Shown here: piece by piece, positions 40,325 through 62,275 of the stretch
Layout of the letters: each line of letters opens with the position of its first letter
How positions within the stretch are numbered: position 1 is the first letter of the stretch
Assembly (NCBI GenBank): GCA_964016885.1
Contig: CAXHJY010001228.1
Location: 35,658-99,657, forward strand
Length of the DNA: 64,000 nucleotides
Direction: 5' to 3'
DNA from: Eledone cirrhosa
Lineage: Eukaryota
The notes under the pieces: generated by a model
What the model was told of the DNA's origin: nothing
Seen by the model: the letters and a program-made list of their open reading frames with translations, nothing else
Databases searched by the model: none
Position numbers and translations under genes: made by a program

Positions 40325-40700
40325 ATCGATTGGCAGTATCGGTAGAGTGTCGGTCAAAATGCTTTGTGGCATAGAGTTACGGCCCTTTACATTCTGAGTT
40401 CAAATTTCATCGAGTTTATCTTTGCCTTTAATTCATCCGGGGTTGATAAAAACGTATCATTCAAGTACTGGGGGTCGACTTAAACGACTCTCCCCTCCCC
40501 ATAAATTACTGGCCTTGTGCCAATATTAGAAAGAATAGTTAGAGCGTCGGACAAAATGCTTTCCAGCTTTTAGTTACGATCCTTTATGCTCTGAGATCAA
40601 ATCCCACCGAGGTCAACTGTCTTCATCCTGTCGGGAGTCTATCAACTAAAGAACCACTTAAGTACTGAGGCTGTTATAAACAACTTCCTCTCACCCACAT
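40325..40700 (+). mobile_element. Two tandem diverged SINE copies of the same family
   Basis: TGGCAGTATCGGTAGAG...GAGTTCAAAT at 40331-40406, and a second copy from ~40538 (GAGATCAAATCCCACCGAGGTCAAC). Confidence 0.75.
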
Positions 40701-40757
40701 TTTATTTTTCGCCATTTAGAACCACACAAAAACCGTTAACTTTGTATCTAGCATTTA

Positions 40758-40980
40758 TTGTTGGTGTCAAAAGTTTCGTCATTTATTTTTGGTGTCAAAA
40801 GTTTCGTCATTTATTTTTGGTGTCAAAAGTTTGATAATTTATTTTTGGTTTCAAAAGTTTCGTCATTTATTTTTGGTGTCAAAAGTTTGATAATTTATTT
40901 TTGGTGTCAAAAGTTTCGTCATATATTTTTGGTGTCAAAAGTTTCGTCATATATTTTTGGTGTCAAAAGTTTCGTCATCT
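40758..40980. repeat. 29 bp minisatellite, ~7.5 units, two variants
   Basis: Unit TTGGTGTCAAAAGTTT(CGTC/GATA)ATTTATTTT. Confidence 0.93.
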
Positions 40981-41759
40981 TGTTTGGATTAGATAAATGC
41001 GACTGCGAAGTATGTTATCATAATTGTAGGAGTAATTGTATTTGCTTAAGAAAAAGAGATAGATAAGTAGGTAGATAGATAGAGATATATAAACAGAGAT
41101 AGAGAAAGGGAGCAGGAGTGAAATAATTTAGAGTTTTCTGAGTAATTTGGAGACTCAGATTAGTGAACTCAAAATAAATGCTTCGTGAAAAATGAAATAG
41201 ACCGCGGGTTCGAGATTATTTCAATCTTCAGTCGTTTAATTTTTGATTGTCATACGTGTAAAATTGAACATTGTACTATTATAAGAGCGCATGTCAAAGC
41301 TCTCAGACGTAATGATCTAATATTCGCCAAAACACGTTAGTTCTTTGTCCCATTATAATATTGTCTTTTATTTATTTATTTATTGCGTGTTAGACGTAAT
41401 TGAATAGTTTTTCATATTATTCCATTTAAAAAGTTATTCTGCCTATTTCCTGGAGAATAGTCAGGCGTCATTCTAATATTAGAAATATTTGAGATATTTG
41501 AACGTTCCAATAATTCAGAGTCTTCAAACTGAGTGCCATAATCACATACTTGGAGAGCAGTAAAGTTGATTTTTCTTAAGGCAAGTTGATTTTTCTTAAG
41601 TGTAACGCCTTAACTCGTCGGCCTTTTTTCAAAATTCAAATTTTGCTCATTTTAGTAATAACTAAAGCCTCGGGATGGTGTCTACATTTTGTGCTTTAAA
41701 AAAAAAGTTGTCGCAGATTACCAGGGTTTTTTTTCCATGCGAAGAAAATCAATACTTTA

Positions 41760-41819
41760 TCGCGAAATAAATACTTTTGTTTATATTTTGTTATTGTGTA
41801 TGCAAAATTATCTGTACAC

Positions 41820-41859
<40 letters not shown>

Positions 41860-41970
41860 CAGATTAAAGTTTAAGCAAAGAATCGATCGCTGCTTTCACC
41901 CTTAACGGGATCTTCTGAAACTAAAATATCAATCTGTGAACGCAAAAGTAAATATTTCGAAAAACGTTAC
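41760..41970 (-). mobile_element. Internal fragment of the Helitron-like repeat
   Basis: Matches 178-362 (GAAATAAATAC...TATCTGTACACGAAT...ATCAATCTGTGAACGCA). Confidence 0.7.
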
Positions 41971-42117
41971 ACACTATACATATATATATATACACACACA
42001 CGATATATACATATATACACACACACATATACACATATAACGTCATAATGTCGTAATGCAGACATCCAGACATACAGACAGATATTATAAGGGCGTGAGG
42101 TTATATCTATGTATCTA

Positions 42118-42329
42118 TCTAAAAAGAAAGACAAAGAATTATAGAGAGAGATCGCTAAATCGCCTAATGCGGTCCCTAGGGCATTGAAAATTTGAAATAT
42201 TCTTTGCTCAAAACACTCACAAGACCATAAGTATTACATGTGTAAAGTTTCAAAACAATCGGTTGGGTGGTTCTCGAGTTTTAGGGAGTCAGACAGACAG
42301 ACAGGCATTCTCTGTTTTAGATATATAGA
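42118..42329 (-). mobile_element. Short Lep1-like non-autonomous Helitron
   Basis: ATGTGTAAAGTTTCAAAACAATCGG...(CAGA)n...TTTTAGATATATAGAT layout; the minus strand begins A|TC. Confidence 0.5.
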
Positions 42330-42609
42330 TAATAATGACAACAACAATAATAACAATAATAACAATAATAAAAAAAGAAAAGGAAACAAAATAAAAAAAA
42401 GAAGAGGAAAACACGGAGAAAAAAGAGAAAAAGAAAGAAAAAAGAACGCGAAGAGGAGGGGATAGCAAGAACTGTAGTGTCGCAGAGGGGAAGGTCAGGT
42501 GGGGGTGGGGGGTGATTGGGCCTAGGGCATGGGGGCAGAAGGGCTGCGCCCCGCGGACGAGGCTGCAAAAACATTCCCATTGTTTCTGCACTTATGGTTT
42601 CTGATCTGT

Positions 42610-42772
42610 GGCGAGTGGAAAGTCGAATAAATCGACCCCAGTGCGTTACTGGTACTTTATTTTTATTGACATCGTAAGGATGAAAGCCTCCGAGATTTGA
42701 ACTCAGAATGTAAAGAGCCGTGACTAAATATCACAAAGCTTTCTGACCGACGTCCTCACTACTCTGCCCATC
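42610..42772 (-). mobile_element. Diverged tRNA-derived SINE
   Basis: ATCGACCCCAGTGCGTTACTGGTACTTTAT...ATTTGAACTCAGAATGTAAAG. Confidence 0.72.
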
Positions 42773-42939
42773 TTTCTGTTTTTATACTCATTGGCAAAGT
42801 TTTGTTGATTGTTTAATTTCATTTAAAATTTTGCTGAAGTACTAATGTACTTTACCTCTAAAGATATTTTTCTCAAATCGGTTTATGTATTTAAATGTTT
42901 TCATATAAACAATTTTCCTATGTAAGTTGGGGTGTCACA

Positions 42940-43230
42940 AATAGGTTAAATAACCATGGGATTTGCACCTAGAAAGTTTACCTCCGAGGCACAAGTCCGA
43001 GCAAGGTTGTTTGTGGAAGACCAGCAGTCGCCCATGCATACCAGCCTCACATCTCCACCGATGTTGTCCATGCTATGGCCGATACAGCTTGGCACCAGTG
43101 ACATCGCAACTCATTTCTACAGCTGAGTAAACTGGAGCAACGTGAAATAAAATGTCTTGCTCAAGAACACAACGCATCACCCTGTCCAAGAATCGAACTC
43201 ACAACCTTCCGATTGCAAGCCCAATGCGCC
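42940..43230 (-). mobile_element. Second SINE family (tRNA head plus CORE-like segment)
   Basis: The minus strand has B-box-like GAGTTCGATTC (~43191-43201), adjacent to a CORE-like TGTCTTGCTCAAGAACACAAC. Confidence 0.6.
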
Positions 43231-44877
43231 TTTTGTCCCAAATAACAGTCGTGTAAACTGGAATCATTCTCTATTTAAGCTAAAAAAAAGCTATTAAATA
43301 CAGTTACTGGGAAGCAGGCACACTTTATAATATGTCGAGAGAAGGTTAACGACATTGAAATAATTATTTTCTCGAATTCCACTTAAAACACCACTAATGA
43401 GAGCGTTAGAAAAACATTTAATTGTTTCTATATATTAATCGTATATACGTAGTAAGCTACTACATGCTTTTTGCAACTAATACCTTTGACAGTTGCAGCC
43501 TGTGATCGGCAGGCTGAGTTTGAAGGTGTAATTATACCCCACAATTAGCAGTATACTAATTTCATCTTTAATGAGTTAGAGGTTTTCATAAGGGCAATAC
43601 CGAATAAAGAAACGCATGGGTAATTCTACCACCGGAAATCTCATGAATGAGTCAGGGAATATTTGGAGTTTGAAAGATTTGTCAAATATCGTGTTAAATT
43701 TCCAACCAACACATACAGCAGGCAGTTAAATGTGGAAGTTTACTTTTAAATTCAATTTGAAATAATTGAAATTGTAGTAACTTAGAGATTCCCCAAATGG
43801 CAGGATCAAATATTTCACATGTAACAAAACTTCATTTGGAATTATTTATTTCAATATTTAGAATTGTATTTACGATTATGTTAAGCTTGTTTTCATCATC
43901 AGACATCACCTTATATGATTTAAACTATGATGAAAAAAAATCGTTCAGAAAACAAAAGCAATTTTCTGCCTGTGTTTTTGATTGGACAAGTTTTGGCTTT
44001 TCAAAATCTCCTAATTTATAGCAACATGATAATCTAGACGGCTCTGTAAATTTGATTTTTATAAATATTGAAACAAGTTTTAGCCTGCATTGAAAATAAT
44101 TCCCTTCAGCAGAAACAACGAACAAATTATGATAATTTGTTGTAAAGCTGTCTATAGCATAATAGTAGTCTCTTGCACTAGGATGAGAAATTTATAAAGG
44201 TTCCCCACCCAGTTTAATAAAACAAAGAAAACTATACAGACCAACTTTCCATTGATTTTTCTCTTAAATTTTTTTTTCCAGAAATGTATTTTTAACATAT
44301 TCTTTTGTGAATTATATCGAAAGATCGGAAGAGTACTGACAGGCCGTAGTATAGTACCAAGTAGTCTTATTCGTTCATTGAGTCTATTTTTTTTTTGTTA
44401 AATAGTAGGCAACGTCTTTGTCATTTCAGGTCAATATATTCCATCATAGAAACCGGCTGTTACTTCAACCAGAATTGATAAAAAGATGTATTCATTGTAC
44501 CTTTTCCATCTGGCGTCATAAACATAACATTTCTTTTCAACTGGAAAACAAATATATCAAAAGCCCTGACTAAATTAGCTGTTATATGCGTTGGTTTTTA
44601 AAGATGACATTATTGATTATAGTAGATGCTGCAGTGTACATTTTTCCAGTCTATAATTTCATAAAGTCAATATACAATCAAAGATGTATTTACTACACTA
44701 GAAGCTGTCGGTAAATGAAGTAATTTCATTCATATTTAAAGCTGTTCTACTCAAGCTCAGCAAACATGTGTATTCAACATAGTTACACACATGATCTCAT
44801 ATCACTCTACTGTGTGCGTTTAACAAAATAATATAAACAATATCAAATAATTAGAAAATGATATATCCAGTAATACT

Positions 44878-45064
44878 TGTTTCTACTTTAGGCACAAGGC
44901 CAGCAATAACCCAGTGCATTACTGGTACTTTATTTTATCGACCCCGTAAGGATGAAAGGCAAAGTCAACCTCGGCGGGATTTGAACTCAGATCGTAAAGG
45001 GACGTAACTATGCTTGAAAGCATGGCGTCCGACCCTCTACCGATACTGCCAATCCACCGCCCTT
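44878..45064 (-). mobile_element. tRNA-derived SINE, full length, 14-bp TSD
   Basis: TSD TATCCAGTAATACT is at 44864-44877 and 45065-45078. The body is very similar to 21847-22034. Confidence 0.88.
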
Positions 45065-45104
45065 TATCCAGTAATACTATTTGCAAACATAGGATGTGAT
45101 AACG

Positions 45105-45295
45105 GCTTTTGATTTTGGTAAGGGAAAAATCGATTAAATCGCCCCCAGGGCGTTACTGGTACTTTATTGTATCGACCCCGTAAGGATGAAAGGCAAACCT
45201 AACCTCGGTGGTATTTGAAACCAGTTCGTAAGGACTGTAACTCTATGTCGCGAAGCATGGTGTCCGACGCTCAACCGATAATACTAATCCATCGA
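45105..45295 (-). mobile_element. Older SINE copy of the same family
   Basis: GTTACTGGTACTTTATTGTATCGACCCCGTAAGGATGAAAGGC. Confidence 0.75.
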
Positions 45296-45427
45296 TCTCA
45301 TCAAGATACTTTAATATAATAAAATAATATATTTGTTGTTGGACCTCCGTTGGTTCCAACGACGAGTGTCCCAGTTGTTCGAAAAGTAGAGCAGTCTGGT
45401 CGTCAAATTAACGTGTATTCCAACCCC

Positions 45428-45506
<79 letters not shown>

Positions 45507-45543
45507 GTGTACATATATATATAAATATACATCTATATATATA

Positions 45544-45579
<36 letters not shown>

Positions 45580-46163
45580 TATATATATATAAGTGGTTAC
45601 ACAACAGTTAGTTCACCATACCGAGAACAATTGTTTCACCTTAGCGGATCCTCATACATATATATATATAAATATATATATGTATATAGGCTTTGCCTAC
45701 GATACAATAAGGTTTACAGTATGTTGAAAGTTTGTGATATTTTGGTGTTTCCCTGCATCCGAGACTGTATATCATACAGATGTATGAGAATAAATGACTT
45801 AATAATTCAGCCCACATAATAAGATCGATTGCCTGCTTCAACTGCCTGACCCTGCAAATATCATTCTGACGCACTCTAATCATGTATAAATAAGACACGC
45901 GTGCATGCTACACGTGAGATTGTTTCATACACTGACTACTCTAAGCCTTCCTCTTGCTTTATCTTCATAGACTGCCAACGCTTCATGTTTATCTTTATTT
46001 TTATTCTTGGTTTATTTTTATTTTTATCCTGTAACCTTTACATGTAAATTGCCATGCTATATCATTTGATGAATGTCACCCCACTGTTGATCAATATGCG
46101 CATATGTTTTATGTGTCTCTTGGGTTGAAAAGGAGGTCAAGTATGTTATAGATCAGTAAATAG

Positions 46164-46212
46164 TTGCTCCGAAGAATCCAAACCCCGGTTTGGAGGAAAC
46201 AATTGTAAGCAA
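46164..46212 (+). ncRNA. Type I hammerhead motif, U4C variant, intact stems
   Basis: TTGCT-CCGAAGA-a-TCCAAAC-cccg-GTTTGGA-g-GAAA-CAATTG-TA-AGCAA. It lies in a diverged copy (46110-46250) of the 31180-31320 arm. Confidence 0.75.
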
Positions 46213-46251
46213 ATAAATGACTTAAACTGAACTTTGATTATTGTAATCTCT

Positions 46252-46304
46252 ATATGTATATATATACATACATACATATATATACATATATATATACATA
46301 TATG

Positions 46305-46370
<66 letters not shown>

Positions 46371-46378
46371 CATATATG

Positions 46379-46443
<65 letters not shown>

Positions 46444-46648
46444 TTACATATGTACATATATATATATATACACACATATATATATATATTTACATATGTA
46501 CATATATATATATATACACACATATATATATATATTTACATATGTACATATATATATATATATACACACATATATATACACACATATATATACACACATA
46601 TATATATACACATATATATATATATATTATATATACACATATATATAT

Positions 46649-46693
<45 letters not shown>

Positions 46694-46734
46694 TATATAC
46701 ACATATATATATATATATATACACATATATATAT

Positions 46735-46784
<50 letters not shown>

Positions 46785-46825
46785 GTACATACATATATAA
46801 ATATGTACATATATATATAAATATA
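46252..46825. repeat. (TA)n/(TACA)n microsatellite field
   Basis: Direct inspection. Confidence 0.95.
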
Positions 46826-47092
46826 TTAATAAGAGGAATTCCAACTTTGTGTGATTTACTCGTTTTATTTACAATCCTTTAAAATTTATAATGGTATTAT
46901 AATGAAATAGTATGATAGAATATTAAATTCTAAGTGTTAATTAAACAAATACTTTCATGCTTTCGCAATCTTCAGGTTCATAATATGTGGTGACAGTCAA
47001 GTTTGCAATTTTCACTATATGTATATACATACATAGATATATATATTCATACACACACACACACACACACACATATTCATACACACACACAC

Positions 47093-47215
<123 letters not shown>

Positions 47216-47343
47216 TAATAATAATAAAATTGAAGACTAAAATCCAAAGAGGGCTCGATAAGGATAAATATATATCAAATATAAGAACCGTAGAGCAAAT
47301 ATTTATTAAAATAACAGATTAAAGTTTATATATATATATACAT

Positions 47344-47434
<91 letters not shown>

Positions 47435-47444
47435 ATATATATAT

Positions 47445-48282
47445 CTAGGGCGGGTAACAATCCCGAGATCCATTGACGAGTTCTCTCCAGCGGTCTCTGT
47501 CCCTCATTATCGCTGCCATGTCCTCCGTCTCCAACAGACCAGTGTCTGTCCTTAGGGCATCAATATACGTTAACCTTGGTCTTCCTCTTCCAGTGTGTCC
47601 ATGCACAGGCTCCCACAGGAGCACCGAGTGCAGTGTCATCTCTGGATGTCGGTGAGCATGTCCAGCTAACCTCAGTCTCCTCTGTGCTACTCTTGAGCTG
47701 ACGTTTGGGACGCTCCCGTACAGCTCTGAGTTCTTCATCCTCAGTGTACACTGATTAATGTTCAGAGCCATCCTCAGCATTCTCGAGTAGCACCAATCCA
47801 TCATCTTAATTTGTCGACGACATAGCTCTGGTGACAAACACAGTGAAGGAGGCAGAGGAGATGAGTCAGGAGGTGGAGACTGTGCCGATGAGTGTGGGGC
47901 TGAGAATTAATGAGAGTAAGACGGAGTATCTGCTAGAGAACATTGTGAAGGAGGCAGAGGAGATGAGTCAGGAGGTGGAGGAGACTGGGCCGATGAGTGT
48001 GGGACTGAGAATTAATGAGAGTAAGACGGAGTATCTGCTAGAGAACATTAAGAAGCCAGAGAAGATCACGAATGTAGGCGGGAAGTCGCTAGAATTGGTT
48101 GAGGACTTCCTGTATCTGGGAGCAAAGATTGGGAATACAGAAGATGGTGTGGTCGAGAGGAAGAGCAAACCCTGGGCGGCGTGCCACAGTTTGAGATCGG
48201 TGTGGAAGTCGAACCTTCGTAGGAACCTGAAGATCCGTCTCTTCGGTGCTGCAGTGGAGTCTGTGCTGCTGTACGGGTCTGC
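47445..48282 (-). mobile_element. RTE-group LINE (different family) with 5' inversion
   Basis: Minus 47445-47830 encodes the C-terminus (CYSRMLRMAL..RRLRLAGH..GRGRPRLTY..DRDRWR). Plus 47831-48282 encodes the upstream RT segment (GLRINESKTEY, FLYLG, VESVLLYGS) with a ~105 bp internal duplication. Confidence 0.85.
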
Positions 48283-48338
48283 TGTACATATATATAATAA
48301 ATGTGACCTGAGTTTTTCGAATATTAATAATAACATAC

Positions 48339-48409
<71 letters not shown>

Positions 48410-48422
48410 TCTCTCACTCTCG

Positions 48423-48466
<44 letters not shown>

Positions 48467-48553
48467 TTATACGTTATTCCGGGTTGAATCGGAGGTAACC
48501 ACAGTAAGTAAGGTACTCAATACATAGCAGAGTATAAAAGTTTTAATATAGAT

Positions 48554-48605
48554 GAGATTCTACAGGACTAGAACTGTTTCATTCTTTATAAATCATCAGG
48601 AATCC
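48554..48605 (-). ncRNA. Type I hammerhead ribozyme, canonical core
   Basis: Minus strand reads GGATTC-CTGATGA-tttataaagaat-GAAA-CAG-ttctagtc-CTG-TA-GAATCT. Confidence 0.75.
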
Positions 48606-48620
48606 CTGATGATTTCTAAA

Positions 48621-48673
48621 GAGATTCCTGGTGATTTCTAAAGAATGAAACAGTTCTAGTCCTGTAGAATCTC
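48621..48673 (+). ncRNA. Mirror hammerhead copy with an A6G core mutation
   Basis: GAGATTC-CTGGTGA-tTTCTaaAGAAt-GAAA-CAG-ttctagtc-CTG-TA-GAATCTC. Confidence 0.65.
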
Positions 48674-48699
48674 GTCTATATTAAAACTATATATATATA

Positions 48700-48884
48700 T
48701 AACGAAGGAAAAGTGGTAAGGAACCAGGTGGACCATTACGCACTAAAGTACTCAATAGTTAGGGTAGTAGAGTGGGTAATAGGAACGAGTAGGACCCCGA
48801 CGGCTGAGCTCCAGCCGTTTCGACGGCTACAGAATTAGCCGTCGAAACGGCTTGAGCTCTGCCGTCGGGATCATACTTGTTCCT
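48700..48884. mobile_element. Pseudo-LTR-like repeat ending in a 49-bp-arm hairpin
   Basis: Arms are 48781-48829 and 48836-48884 with loop CAGAAT. Each arm carries GAAA-CGGC..GCCG-TC. Homologous to 957-1105. Confidence 0.75.
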
Positions 48885-48885
48885 T

Positions 48886-48946
48886 TATATATATATATAT
48901 ATATATACACACACATATACATATATTCGTACGTATATATATACAT

Positions 48947-48990
<44 letters not shown>

Positions 48991-49137
48991 ATGTATGTAT
49001 ATATATATATATATATATATGTGTGTATGTATGTATATATATATATATGTGTGTGTATATATATATATGTGTGTATGTATATATGTATATATATATATAT
49101 ATATGTGTGTGTATGTATATATATATATATATATGTG

Positions 49138-49178
<41 letters not shown>

Positions 49179-49236
49179 ATGTATATATATATATATATAT
49201 ATATGTGTATGTGTATATATATATATATATATGTGT

Positions 49237-49328
<92 letters not shown>

Positions 49329-49367
49329 ATGTATATATATATATACATATATATATATATGTGTATG

Positions 49368-49398
<31 letters not shown>

Positions 49399-49421
49399 GT
49401 GTATGTATATATATATATACA

Positions 49422-49464
<43 letters not shown>

Positions 49465-49467
49465 ATA

Positions 49468-49502
<35 letters not shown>

Positions 49503-49534
49503 GTGTATGTATATATATATATACATATATATAT
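48886..49534. repeat. (TA)n/(TG)n microsatellite field
   Basis: Direct inspection. Confidence 0.95.
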
Positions 49535-51776
49535 AACTTTGAAATGTTTTGGCCAGTATTGGCCCAGGTCATGTCTAACTTAATAGCACCACCTGGCGAA
49601 GTCTTTCAATTCAGGATTTGGGCACCATGGCCCATTCGAGAAGAGAATTACTGTTTGCGGAGACATATCCGGGTGTGGGTGGTTTGTCCGGGATTACTTG
49701 GAGGAATTTGTCCAAAGACTTCTTGAATTTTGTGTGGTCAGTTTCTGTTTTGACGTGTCCTGGTGTGATGTTGAAGAGAGCAGGGCCGATTGAGGTGAAA
49801 TAATTGTGCCGTATTGTTGTTATGAGTTGCGATTTAGATTTTTGAATGGGACGGATAGCACGGGGCCCAAGCCTTGGGTGTATCTTGAAGGCGATGCCAA
49901 CATCATTTGGGCAGTGATGATGGAACATTTTCCACATCATGCAGATAATATAACGCTCACGGCGACGTTGGAGTGAGTAAAGTTTCAGGTTTTCTAATCG
50001 ACCCCAGTAGTCAAGGTCTGACATGCCATCTATCTTTTTCGTGATTGCCCTTTGAGGAGCTTCAAGTTTCATGATACTTTGTTTCGTGTGGGGAGACCAC
50101 AGTGGACAACAGTATTCAAGGTGTGGTCGGGCAAAAGTAGAGAAGAGAAGGATAATGGTGCGGGAATCTCTCGACTGGAAGGTTCTGAGGATCCAGGAAC
50201 ACATTCTGCGGGCCATGTCAACTTTGCTGCTTATATGCGTGGTCCAGCTTATGTTGCTGTCCACGGTTACTCCCAAGTCTCTGATGTTGTTAGATGCCAC
50301 GAGAGTTTCCCCGGAGGGAAGGGAGTACGGGAGTTTCAGAGCATCCTCTTTTCCAAAGTGGATCAGTTCGAATTTGTCTTCGTTCAGTAACATGTTGTTC
50401 TTTTCCGCCCATTGGGTAACAGCCAGTAGGTCTGACTGAAGGCTTATCCGGTCATCCACGCCATTGATGACCTTTTGGAGCTTGGAATCATCAGCGAAAA
50501 TTTTAATGTTGCTGTGTTTGATGATGTCAGTGATGTCATTAATATAGATGATGAAGAGAAGTGGGCCCAACACTGTGCCTTGTGGGACCCCACTACTGAC
50601 TTTGGCTGGGCTGGATTTGACTCCCTCAACTACAACATGTTGGGTTCTGTTTGACAGAAAGCTCTTGATCCACTGCAGCAGCTTTCCAGTGACACCTATA
50701 TTGGACAGCTTTCTCAGTAGAATGTTATGATCAACCCTGTCAAAGGCCTTGCTGAAATCAAGGTAGATAACATCAGTGTTGGAACCCTCTCCCAAGGCTC
50801 TCAAAATGTCATCAAAGTGATGCAGTAGCTGCGTCAGGCAATCCCTTCCATTACGGAATCCATGCTGGTTGGAGTTCAGCATATTGTTACTCTCAAGGAA
50901 GTGGGTCATTCGCGATCTCACCACTCTCTCAAATACCTTAATGATATGAGAGGTGAGTGAGATTGGACGGTAATTCACGGCAAGGGATTTGTTTCCCTTT
51001 TTGAAAACTGGGACAACAGGTTTTCTGGCACATATCCAGCATCCAGTGAGTTCCGCCACAGATTGGCAAGAGGAGATGCAAGTTGGTGTTGACACGCCTT
51101 CAAGACACAAGCAGGGAACCTATCGGGACCTACTGCTGAATTATGCTTGATTTCCTTTATTGCCGCCAAGACATCAGGGGCGCCAAACGTTATGTCCGAT
51201 AAGGTGTAATGGGGAGTAACATCGCCGATACAGCCCAGATCGGCCATATCAGGATTGCTGAAAACAGAGCAGTATTGTTTCTGCAGTATCTCACCCATGG
51301 TTTTAGCATTGTCTTGAAGAGTGCCATTTTCATCAATTAGAGGGCCAACAGTAGAGCCAGTGATTTTGTGTTTTTTTTGCAAATGAAAAGAACACTTTGG
51401 GATTGAGTTTGATCTTCTCAATGGCCCAGGCCTCCTCAGCTCTTCTCTGATTGTTGATGAGGGACATTATGTTGTTTTGGAGGTTATGTTTTTTAATCTC
51501 TAGTGATGAAATGGCAGTTAAGTTGATGTGTTGCTGCTGACAGTATTTCAGCTTGTTGATTTTTTCGTTCGTTCTCTTAATTTTTCTGATGAGCGTTTTT
51601 CTATTTCTAGGGATTCTGTTCTTAGATTTGTTTATAGTTCTTAATGGGGTGTGTTTAGCACATATGTTTGTAACAGTGTCCACAAATGTCTGCCAGGACT
51701 TTTTGATGTTAGTGGGTGTATGAGTGTGCGTGAAGGACCAGTCGACATGTGCAAGATCATGACTGATCGCTTCCCA

Positions 51777-51778
<2 letters not shown>
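49535..51778 (-). mobile_element. CR1-group LINE copy 1, 5'-truncated, two frameshifts
   Basis: ORF 49611-51110 has NYRPISLTS, YLDFSKAFDRV, SGVPQGTVLGPLLF, FADDSK and RDLGV. The upstream linker is in ORFs 50975-51421 and the end of 51333-54875. There is a 13-nt deletion at ~51019 relative to copy 2. Confidence 0.95.

Positions 51779-62273
<10,495 letters not shown>

Positions 62274-62275
<2 letters not shown>

Noticed and set aside
43300-44800. Possible decayed hAT-like transposase or host exons
   Set aside because: Only a vague SAE..F..LKL resemblance near 44070-44120, with no sustained frame or recognisable motif set.
45620-45660. Partial hammerhead (minus strand ATGA..GAAACAATTGTT)
   Set aside because: The 5' core and stem I are replaced by microsatellite, so it is too incomplete to call.
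49618-50730. Short plus-strand ORFs over the LINEs (and similar antisense ORFs over the RTE and R4 copies)
   Set aside because: They are shadow frames of RT coding sequence, repeated only because the elements are repeated.
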